The position numbers and the translations under genes were made by a program. A stretch of 64,000 nucleotides of DNA from Takakia lepidozioides (lineage: Eukaryota > Plantae > Bryophyta): assembly GCA_030704615.1 (NCBI GenBank), contig CM060731.1, forward strand, positions 72,850,001 through 72,914,000, given 5' to 3'. The notes under the pieces are model-generated. The model had not been told where the DNA came from, did no database searches, and was given only the letters and a program-made list of their open reading frames with translations. Shown here piece by piece: positions 54,354 through 64,000 of this stretch (the first letter of the stretch is position 1; the number at the start of each line of letters is the position of its first letter).

Positions 54354-55892
54354 GTGATGGTCGGTATCGATCATCACTTCCACTACTCTGGTCTTCTCCA
54401 GTGAAACAAATGAATACTGCAGATAATGTCCATGTTTCCATTCTTAATCCTACCTCTGTAATCTAGGCAGTTTGATTCTGATGAATGAAGTGATGGTCGG
54501 TGCCGACCATCACATTTCCCAGTTGAGCAGTCTACATAATCATAAGGATTTGCCAACCCATGTTGCATTCTCTCTCATGTGAAAATGATGATCGCCACCG
54601 ATCATCACTTTCTACTGCTTTTTGATATCTTGTTTTGGGGGTGGTGTTTGTTTGAGCCTCCGCAGGTACACTAAATATGTGATGATGGAAGGAAGACACC
54701 TGAGTGGAATCCCAGATTACCTGGACATGTGGTCCGACCCTGCCAACGATCCCACCATGTACACAGCTGGTATCTTGAGGGACTAGAGCCCTGCCCACTT
54801 CAGGGACTGTGGATGGTACCTCGACTGCCCGCCAGAGCACACGACATTTCAAGAGCAGCAAATGAAGTATTTGAACAACCATGCGGAGATGCTGACACCT
54901 TTGAACGACGAAGAGTACCAGAGGAACATAGCTTCATTGGCCGCCAAGGAGCCAGACACGCAGGCAACTCCACAGAAAGTCAGGAAGGGGGGTCGCAAGG
55001 TGAAAGACAAGGATCCAAAGGCTTCGGAGGTAGTAGCCAAGTCACCTGGGAAGGCTAAGGAGAAAGAGAAGTCCAAGGAGAAGGAGAAGGAGAAAGGGAA
55101 GGAGAAAGAGAAGGAAAAAAAGAAAGAGAAGGACAAAGATACAGATGAGACAGCTGGGAGGTACACCCGCACTATTGAATGCATTGTCGATGCCAAGCCA
55201 CACCCTTCCCGTGCGGACTTGGCAGGGCAGATCAAGATTGTGAATGAGGGATGGCTGACAATGATGGAGACTCGGAGAAAAGGTTACTCGGGGGTGCCAT
55301 CACTGACTTGGGATAACATGATTTCATTTCTTAATCTGGTAAGAATCTTTCTCTTCAGATGGGACTTTCGAAATTGTCAATACCAATGTAGATGTTGGTT
55401 TCAGTTAGGACCCTCATTTTTGTTTATATTTAAATTGTACTTGTATGCTGCAGGTGAGCACTGGTCCCTCATTCGTATGCGGTGTTCAAAAAACCTTTGC
55501 CGCTGACATGGTGATCCTTGACATCCCAAACAGCCAGCCTGTCCCCGACATTCCTCCAAAGGGAAAGACTCCATCTTGGAACAGATTCGATGAGAACTAC
55601 TAGAGTTGGGTGTTCGGGTTCCGCAATAATTTCCTTTCAGATGCAGGAACGCTTTTGCTCTTCCAGTCATGTGACAAGGATAGTCGTAGGGGACTGGCAT
55701 CATACCTGAAGTCGTCTGGGTTTGAAATTCTGAGGACATGGAATTGTGTGAACCTCCTGTACCTTCTAAAAGGTGGTTGCCTTGGACAGCTGGTATGGCA
55801 CTGCCCTCCTCTGAACTGTTTCCCAATGTCTTTTCAGTTGTTTCTGCTGGCTTGCTCTACAACCATCTGTGATGATCGGCACTGATCATCAC
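54354..55892. repeat. Four more copies of the same palindrome in downstream introns
   Basis: Starts at 54354, 54490 and 54585 (intron 54258-54665) and 55869 (intron 55793-55999). None seen in the exons. Confidence 0.9.
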
Positions 55893-57019
55893 AAATACAT
55901 TCCATTGTAGTTTTCATTTGCAGTCCATGTTCCGTTCCTTCCTGCGCCAGACTTCCTTTAATATTTCCATGTCTCATCCCTACCTTGCATCTTTGCCAGA
56001 TGAGGATGTTTGAGGCAATCTTCCCGAGGAGGATTCGCACCTCCAAAACACCATCCTCCGTTCGCAGCTTTGAAATATCCGACTAGGGGTGTTTCATCAA
56101 CCCCCCATATGAACCGCATGTGGATAACATGCTCTACAATTTCATGCACTCCAACCAGACAGCCAAAAGACCAGATGGGTTTCCGTGGAGAGGTGCAAGG
56201 GAGAGAACCCCAACATTTATGCAGACGCTCTTGGAGTCATGCAGCCACCATTCTGCAAGGGTGGTCGACCTCACACTATCCACAGGTTTGTTGGTTCAAT
56301 ACTATTCCCATTTTTGAGGTCTTCCAGTTTGCATCTGATTTTGCATCCTCTACAACCTTCTTAAGGCTTTTTGTCTTGGCAGTGCGACTTACCGTGCTTG
56401 CAAAGTTGGCGGGAGAAGCCTTTTTGGCATGGAAGGCGACACCGAACTATTCAAGAATGTCCTCATCCCTCTTGTATCTGGCTCTACGTCTGGCACACAG
56501 ACTGAACAAATTCAAATCAGAAATGATGAGGATACCGAGGATAAGCAGATCGACAACGACTTTCATGTGAGTAAGTTGGCCATGGAATTGTCATTCCAGT
56601 TTGGGTGCTTGTTCAATTTCTCAGACATCAAATTTGCAGTAATAACTTTTATCATGTTGTGACTTGCAGGAACGACAGCGATTTGTGCCGAGATTGTTTT
56701 CGATAGTCCCCTTTCCACTTTTGTGCTTCCTGTCTATGCCGAAGCAATGGCACTTCAAATGGCCGAGGCTCTATCCCCTGACTTCTTATTGCCCGATCGC
56801 AGGAGTAGCCATCGCAGATCCGGAGTTCTTAAATTCTTGGACTTGGATGCAGAGGACGCGGGGATACATTGTACTGACTCCGAGTCAGACTGAACTTCGC
56901 ATTTTTAATGTTCTATTTATATCATATTCGGAAATGATTGAATTCCCTTTCCTCATTGCAATTGTTCCGGCAGAAAAGAAAATGAATCAAACAATGTACT
57001 CGGATTCAAATGTCAATCT

Positions 57020-57245
57020 TCATGAATCCATCCCACAAACCCCTCACACTCATGTCATATCCATTGTGCATTCATCTATTGTGTATTCATACATCCTCCA
57101 TTCAAGAATGTTTTCCATTATTCAACATCCATCCCACATTCATCCATTGTACTCTCATCCATCCCCCATTCATCCATCTGCTTGCATTGTTCCCACACAT
57201 CCATATATTTCTCATCCACTCTACATTCATCCATCCTGCATTCAA
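57020..57245 (+). repeat. Low-complexity (CATC/CATT)n tract
   Basis: Dense TCCATC/CATTC/CATCC units; these account for the His/Pro/Ile-rich ORF 56664-57392. Confidence 0.7.
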
Positions 57246-57479
57246 CTGTTGCTTTCAGGTGGGGATGACCACGTCCTTTTATTATTTCGTCCAACTTGTT
57301 TCCGCGGATTAGGGTGCTCTTCCGCGGAAATACACTCTGCTTCTTACTTGGCGCGCGTTCACGTGGCGTTTAAGCTCGATGACGTGGAGTGAGCTCGGTG
57401 ATGTGGCGTTCGCTCAAGGTGACATGGCGTGAGCGTTGCTGCGCTCACGCCACTAGGCTCACGCCGAGGCATCCCTGCA

Positions 57480-58255
57480 TGCACTCGCAAGATACAACCT
57501 CCAAAATTACTATCCCAGCTCACCTCAAAACCTACCTACAAATAGTGCAAATACACATCGGTCTCTATCCAAAATTCAGTATTATCCATGTATATATGCC
57601 CTCACATCTAGGTGATGCACCAATTACCCAAGACATACTACAACAAATTGCAGATTTATCTAATAACCCAATTAATTCCTCCTCTGTAATCCTTCTTGAG
57701 GAAGACTTCAATAGAGACCTACCCCTACATGGCAGACTGTATAACGGAGTACATTCCCCTCCCTCGTTAAAAGATATAGAGTGGACATCCTACATCCAAA
57801 ATCTTGGATTCCAGTACATCCCCTCAAACCAACCTTTCTCGAGGCTAGGAGCTCGACTGGACTATACCTCACACAGTCTCATTGATGGCTACTATCTCAA
57901 AACACCTAATGACAACCCCACGCAATTACACAACACAATATTATATGACCCCATATATAACTCTGACCACTACCCAGTTCTCCTCCGCATTCCATCACAT
58001 ATTATACCAATAGGTTCAATCTTGAATGACCTCTCCTTGGATACAAAACCTCGAATACCTACTCCTATCTCGCCCTTGTCCATCCTGGCTTTCCAGACTA
58101 AATTTAGATCCATATCCTCCACAACCATCTCGGAACTACAAACTATACTAGACCGATGCTCGTTGAACCCCCCCTCTCAGATTTGGGACGAGGCGAGCTC
58201 TAAAGTGGCATCTGGACAACTTGCTAGATGCCATGTCATCAGAAACATGTAGCAC
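57480..58255 (+). mobile_element. LINE apurinic-like endonuclease (APE) fragment, probably Dualen-like
   Basis: IIHVYMPSH...VILLEEDFN (GDFN-like)...SLIDGYY...NSDHYPVLL, the conserved APE/EEP motifs. Confidence 0.75.
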
Positions 58256-58513
58256 CTATAGCCGAGGGGCCTATAGCCGTGGCATTCATTCATGCAAAAC
58301 ACCAGAAATTAAAATGCAGGAACGACTTGTGAAAGCATTTGCATCCATTCCATTTATTTTCGAGCGACTACACACAAGAAAGAAATGGCAGACATTGCAC
58401 AACATAATTGAAGGCTGCATTGGCATCAAATATATGAAGGGACATCAAGTTCAAGTTTCAACTCTTGTGAAATCCAGTAATGGAATTTGCAGATGACCAA
58501 AGTGAAGAGGATG

Positions 58514-61500
58514 TTATGTGCTCCTATCCCACTGCATAAGTGTATTCACCTCGTTGAAACTCATGGTGGCCTGGTGAATGAACATGTCGTGTCTGGGATC
58601 ACATACCATTCTGTTCAAGAAGATAAAATACAGATGCTTGCATGGTATAAATTTGCCTGTCTTTCCCAAACTTGTTGTAAGCATGCCAACAAAATTTGGA
58701 CAGGTGCATTTGGGGAAATTTGAAACTGTGATGTCGTACAACCGGTCGTGCATAGCGGATGTGGAGGTCATCATAGTGTAGATTCGTCCATACCCGGGAT
58801 GTGAAACTTCCGTAGTGCCTGTAACACGACCTTGAAGCATTCGAGCGGATTCCACCTTGCCGAAATGCTTGGCAGTCGGAGGGAAACGACGAACTAGCTT
58901 CCCATTTCGTTTTATTGGCCATGCATCAGCGTTCGGTGGTGGCACTCCAAAACTTGCTGAAGTAGAAGAACCTACATGTACAGAGGGGGCTCGCTGAAGG
59001 GAGAAGCCTGCCTCCTCCAGCATGGCAATCTCGTGAGTTGTGAGATGTGTCCCCACCTTCACAGGCCAAATGCTTGGTGGAGGAGGCTTCATGACAACCG
59101 ATGGTCGCACAGTCCCATGCACGCATCTACCACAGTCGTCATGGCAGAACCAGAATTTGTGGTTCTTCGCCTCGGCTTGCCCGTAAGGCGTGAACAAACC
59201 AGTGAAGGTCGGAGCTGGAGTGCGGACCTTGCCTCTGGATATGGAGGACTTGCATTTCTCACGATTGGTTGTTCTGATTGCCGTGCACTTCACTCGAGAC
59301 CCAGCAATGGTGCGTTCTATGTGCCAGACTTCGTCGGGGCACATGGACTCCACCACAGGGGGGAGCACGTTTGCCTCTTGCCTCATTGCACTCACTATGG
59401 GAGATGGCTGCCTTTGGCTTTGTGACAAAGGATCGTCCGCACTGGATATGTCGGAAACGAACCTCTGATGAAATGGAACACGCGGCATGGAGAAGTTGTC
59501 CCTGTCCGGCCTGTGGAAGTCCGCATCCGACCCAGGAGGGGTGTTCAATTTCCGTTTACAAGACCCGAATCTCTCCTCACCCTCCAGATGTGGAACTCTG
59601 GACACCAGTGGAGTTCCTTCCGCACACATGCTGACAGCCCTGGCAATCTTGTTCGGATCCCCTGATCTTCTTGCTGCTTGCAACATCAACTCGGACTTGT
59701 CTGGACCCTTGCCACCAACGCCACCCCGCAAGAACTCCTGATATCTCGTCTGTTGTAGTAAAGCTCGAATCAGATCATCTGCCGTCGCCACATACAAATC
59801 CCGGCCCCGCTTTCCAGATTGCTGCAACCATACATTGTGCACCGGCTCCGCCAGATTGCAAGAGGGCATGTCCGCCATCTCCTCAATTGAGAAGTGCTGC
59901 AAAATGGAAAAACATATATCAGAAAGAGGACAGGCACACCCCACCACAACAGACATGATTGGAAATGGATACAAAGTCAATGAAATTTTCAAGTTTTCAA
60001 ATGCACGCACCGTTGTCATGCATGCTCCCCATTGTCTATACCGGAAGTGCCAAAATGCCAGCCAGTCTTCTAGCGCTCTCATACTGTCTTCTGATGCAGC
60101 CCCAGATGAGAGCCACCAGGCACGAATTGTCTGGAATAATGTATTCGCCTATGCCATGCTTTTCGCATCTTTGTACTGTTTGCATAGCCTAAGATGAATA
60201 GGCTGCATTTCCGGTTTGATGTCTGCCTTTGTATGTTTCTCAAGGGACTGGGTCCAATGGAAAAGACATGTTCGCTCTCTTCTTGGCATTGGCACCTTTG
60301 GATCTCCTGATCCAAACACAATGCGAATAGCATTGAAGTTCGCTTGAGCACTGTCTACCATAAATCCGGCGAAATTTGGACATGGGACACCTTGGGAGTC
60401 CATAACGCGAATGAGACTTCTCCACATTAGCTGCTGTGAATCCACATCCTCTGATTGCATGTCACACACTGCAATTGTCATGACTCACTGGTAGAAAGGA
60501 TCGTAAACATGACACGCCATTGTAGTCCAGTCTTTCACTCGTTTGACGTGATCAAACATAAGGAAACAGTTCTGAAGATCGCCACCCTTCTGCATGCGCT
60601 TCACAAGACTGACTCCGCTGCCCTTCCCGGCTGTGGACATTTTGAAAACGTACACTTTGTTGGACGCTTGACCTGGGAACACACTCTCTTGAATGTAGTC
60701 ATACCTGCTCCGTCGCTTCAACTCGAAAATGTTATCAACGTACCCTTTGTTAGCAGAGCTCATCCTCAATGCATTCACCTGGTTTTTAATGTTCGGCGAG
60801 CTCAAGATAGAGAAGTGATCTATAACATGTCCAAGGCTGACCCGTCGAGTTTCCTGCCCACAGAATCTCCTTCACTAAGAATATGGGTTTCCAGGAAAGT
60901 CTTGCTTGCTCCAAGAACAATTGTGGAGGTGGTGGCTGTTGGATTGCTCTCATACTCTTGTCTTATCAACCTGGATATTGTTTCAACGCGTTCCCTGTAA
61001 TCCCCCTTTGACACTAGATGGTTGTGGAACCCGAAATGCACATCGGCTCTAGTCAAGGTTGGAAAACGGTGCACCACATAGTACATTCTTGCTCCACACA
61101 CTGCCACACAGGAAGGCGCTCGTTTGCAGAACTTGCAAACGAAAGTGTTGGAGCTTGGAGGTGCTTCACCGGGCTTGAAAGGATTCTCGGCGACACCCTC
61201 CCACTCGCTCTGGTTCTGAACCTCTGACCGTAGGAAATGTCTGCAACTCAAATTCTCGCACCTCAGGTGCCCATTGCACACCGCTCTTCTGAACACGAGC
61301 TTGTCATCATTTTGAATATTGGATGTCTTCGTTCTGCACCATGGGTGTCCATCGTGTCTCTTGTCCATTCCGTGCATGAGGCTCGAAACGGGTCCACCCC
61401 GCCCAGGTGGAGGCAGCTCGAAGACGACATCCCCATCAAAAGATTCTGGAAGGTATTGCACACGCTCAACAGGGACAGTGTCCCAGTCAATCCCCCGCAA

Positions 61501-62016
61501 TTCACTCTTGAAACCGGGCATTCCTCCCATTGACTTCAGTTTAGGAATGACACTACACAGGTCCTTCAATTCCGGCACCACGACCACCGGAGAAGGAGCA
61601 AGAAAAGGATTTTTCGGGACGTCCTCCTCCGAGGAGTCGGAGAGTTCAACAATTTGTCTGGAAGTTGTGGGCTCCGTCTTCACGACCACATTCCTCTTGT
61701 CTTGAACAACAGAAGCAGCAATTCCCGGCGTCACATACGAACCAATCGACTGCCGGCGAGGAGCTCCAAGGACTTTGTATCTTCCTGGAGGAACTCTCCA
61801 CTGACTCATAAGTGCGTTTTCATCCGGTTTCTGGAAAGCATACTTCTTCAACTTCCCATCGACACCATAAATCTCTCTTTCCAGCCACACAGTACCGAAC
61901 TCGAAACGCGTTGCTAGGAGATGTTCCTCCGCAATTGCAAAACCATTGTCATCGGTCTCCTTCGAGAAAGGTACTGGTTTCTCCACAGAGTAAAACTCCG
62001 CTTCAGAGGAAGCCAT
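58514..62016 (-). mobile_element. MULE-type DDE transposase with GCM/WRKY-like zinc-binding DNA-binding domain and C-terminal SWIM finger (element B); disrupted
   Basis: DGHPWCRT...CNGHLRCENLSC...CKFC...C.ARMYYV...HFGFHNH; LMFDHVKR (D1); GFMVDSAQA (D2); ERTCLFHW (CxxH); CNLAEPVH (E); CTCPNF...PCKH (SWIM). Frameshift at ~60820, stops at 60485 and 60149, intron ~59897-60010. Confidence 0.85.
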
Positions 62017-62764
62017 ATTGCTGCAAGAGAAATTCCCTCGCAGAAATGCGGAAGCCACAACTTCTGTGTGGATTCTTGTTACAAACGATAGTGGGGATTA
62101 CATTTCTCATGCTTTGCATTTCAGACCGAAACCCAAAAATCTGTCACCTTTACTAACGAGGTTGGCAAAGGACAACACGTCATGTATGTCCCAAACCGTT
62201 CTGGAAGGGTCAGCCAAGACCTATTTTTAAAGCTGACATACCGTTAAAGAGCCTTTCAGAAACAGTTGTCAAAACAGTTCATGAAACAGTTGTTAAGCAG
62301 TTATGTGCCTTTACAGACACATGTGAAATGACGGCGGAGACCAACATCCCATGCCATCCCAATGTGTTCGGCCACGTGGTACCCGACATGCATTGAGTAT
62401 AGGGTTTAAGAGGAATCGGCGTCGAACGAATGGAAGATGTTCATCCGGGAGAATCCAAAAAATAGTCATCCATCCGAATCAAATCCATGCAATCGCCATA
62501 CCTCCATAATGAAAGACGGCGGCCACCGCAGAACGGACGAGTGTGTCGTTAGGAGGGGGACGCGTATGCAGTGAATACATGCATAACCGCCGAGTGCGAT
62601 GCCCCGGCTGCTGCTCATCGCACGACGTCTCTCATTCCAGTAGCTCGTAGTTTTTCAAGCTGGAGAGTAGCAGGAGACAGAGTTTCACGCGAGAGAGTGG
62701 AAGGCGTAGAAGATAGTCATTCTTTTGTACTTCAGCGCGAGAGAGGAAGAAGGCAAGAGAGAGA

Positions 62765-64000
62765 ATGAAAGGCCGAAAGCTGAACATGACACTGAAGGAG
62801 ATCGCAGAGGAGAGCGCAGCCCTGGAAACCGAACACATGGCGGTGGAGGACCAGCCGCCAGCTCGTGATGAAGTTGGGGACGAAACTGCATCAGAGGACG
62901 ACACAGACGCTATGGACACAGACGAGGCAGACGATCTTGCGAAGGAATCCACGCCGAAGGGTAAGAATGTCATGGAGGAGGAGGCGATGCCAAAGGTTAA
63001 GAAGGCTGCCGTTGTTGCCACATCAAAGGCATCTGGGAGTTCTTCGGCCAAAGGACCTCAGGTGATTCTCTTACTTGCCATCTTCTGTCAAGTTTCCAGG
63101 GCATGAAAATTGTGTGCGGTGGCGCACGCAATTTTCTTGCCCTCTTTTCTGCTTTTTATTGCTTGATCATTCAGAGTGAGACCACAGGGATGCAGACAAT
63201 GCATAACAACCAAACCCGGGTGTGACCCACTTCTCACTTTTCATGTACTGCATAGGAGGAGGGACTTTCACATTGCATAATGGTTGTACCATCCCAAGTA
63301 GATTAGAGTTCGACAGCTGAGAGAAGGCCATACAGAGAACCTGAGTACGTCAACGCACGCAATTTCATAATGTTCTCTCTATGACCTTCTCTCAGCTGTG
63401 CTGAGTTAACAAAGACCGAAGCCCTGAATAGGCAGAAAAGTGAGTGTGAGAGAACCGCCAGAAACTGCGTGCGTTGACGCACTCAATTTCTGGAGGTTCT
63501 CTGTATGGCCTTCTCTCAGCTGTGTTGTGTTAACAGAGACAGAATCCCTGAATCGGCAAAAAGGTGAGTGTGAGAGAACCCCCAGAAATTGCGTGCGTCA
63601 ACGCACGCAGTTTCTGGAGCTTCTCTCACACTCACCTTTCTGCCTATTCAGGGAGATTAGAATAAATGTCTGCTGGATACTTTTATGGAAGAGAGTATAT
63701 TGACTTTGGGTATGAAATATGGAAAGAAATGAGTACCTTTCAGAGGGTGGAAAATTGCGTGCGTTGAAGCACGCAATTTCTGGCAAGTTTTTACATTCGT
63801 AACCTTTCGTTTTGAGTGCAGACGAAGAAAAAGAAGGTTGAGGAAGAAGTGATTGAGCAGGAACTGGTGGTTGTTGAGGAGGAGGACAATGGCAGGCCAT
63901 ATGAAGACAGAGCGAAAGATCTGCTTTCATTCTCCAAAGTGAATTCTGCCCAAGTCATCAAGGCCATGGGCGTCCCTGGGGGAAAAATAATGATACCCCT
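62765..64000 (+). CDS. 5' part of element B partner gene, homolog of the ParB/MTase-like gene (runs off the window)
   Basis: Exon 62765-63061 (acidic/basic), phase-0 intron 63062-63821, then an exon from 63822: TKKKK...PYEDRAKDLLSFSKVNSAQVIKAMGVPGGKIMIP, which aligns with HYLDKVKELMSKVNYKEVIRDMIVSGGRLEIP of element A (after frameshift repair). Confidence 0.75.
63105..63780. repeat. Five AAATTGCGTGCG-N4-CGCACGCAATTT palindromes embedded in ~124-bp tandem and longer inverted repeats, inside the element B partner intron
   Basis: Copies at 63105-63136, 63337-63366, 63458-63493, 63582-63617 and 63752-63779. Direct repeat ~63350-63473 / 63474-63597; long hairpin ~63544-63655. Confidence 0.93.

Larger units (their letters stand above)
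50992..56566 (+). pseudogene. About 1,100-aa multi-exon gene: bipartite NLS, ParB/Srx-like domain, helical region, KE-rich linker and beta-class N6/N4 DNA methyltransferase-like domain; inactivated
   Basis: Inferred exons 50992-51237, 51332-51412, 52500-53123, 53233-53425, 53510-~53971, ~54030-54257, 54666-55338, 55454-55792, 56000-56285 and ~56382-56566. Motifs: KRKRK..KPKKAK; IPLCRM..VVRP..ITKL..GY..FYVWDGNHRLLAW (DGNHR 52975-52989); ADMVILDIPN (motif IV-like, 55502-55531); RERTPTFMQTLLESCS..RVVDLTLST(G)ATYRACKVGGRSLFGMEGD (motif X/I/II-like). One frameshift at ~52640, a 1-bp defect at ~56382, and TAG stops at 52804, 54784, 55601 and 56084. Confidence 0.75.
49560..57470. mobile_element. MULE-like element A: internally deleted transposase plus divergent ParB/MTase-like gene; boundaries approximate
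   Basis: Flanked by LINE pieces. Inverted subterminal motifs: left GCCACATCA-N12-CACGTCA (49566-49593), right TGACGTG-N12-TGATGTGGC (57380-57407). No TSD or long TIR could be assigned. Confidence 0.6.

Noticed and set aside
56664-57392. His/Pro-rich 242-aa protein
   Set aside because: Its composition is explained by the CATC low-complexity tract.
57425-57457. Helitron 3' end (hairpin + CTAG)
   Set aside because: CTAG abuts the hairpin without the usual spacer, no Rep/helicase is seen, and the linked enzyme is a DDE transposase.
49520-58255. One LINE split by an 8.7-kb inversion (APE on plus, RNase H/RLE on minus)
   Set aside because: The two pieces appear to overlap in homologous position with different sequence (LDAMSSETC versus ITESTLDTC), which favours two separate copies.

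Overview
Eukaryotic nuclear DNA, most likely from a non-seed land plant (inferred from GT-AG introns, PLS-class PPR/DYW genes, nuclear-encoded plastid RPS9 and an ASCL-type PKS). Bases 1-47 kb hold ordinary and decaying host genes: a DUF4097/FAM185A-like gene, a PPR gene with an OSB-type PDF motif spliced to its N-terminus (plus relics), a frameshifted CYP71-clan P450 with a 5' duplicate, a signal-peptide-peptidase-like gene, a PQQ beta-propeller gene, a LAP5/LAP6-like type III PKS, a PPR-DYW pseudogene and plastid rps9. Small repeats, an L1 fragment and a TTAA-flanked piggyBac-like MITE lie between them. Bases 47-64 kb are a transposon nest with Dualen-like LINE pieces and two related Mutator-like (MULE) elements. 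The main observation is the architecture shared by these two elements. In each, a MULE transposase gene sits head-to-head with a spliced partner gene. In element A the partner encodes an NLS, a ParB/Srx-like domain (DGNHR) and a beta-class N6/N4 DNA-methyltransferase-like domain; element B's partner is a clear homolog cut off by the window end. The equivalent intron of each partner carries an array of element-specific palindromes built on the same CG-N4-CG core (A: GTGATGRTCG-N4-CGAYCATCAC, 16 copies; B: AAATTGCGTGCG-N4-CGCACGCAATTT, 5 copies). This looks like a transposon-borne parS/ParB-like self-recognition and DNA-marking module. Partner A and both transposases carry inactivating mutations; only the 5' end of partner B is visible. 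All domain calls come from motif recognition by eye, with no database searches.
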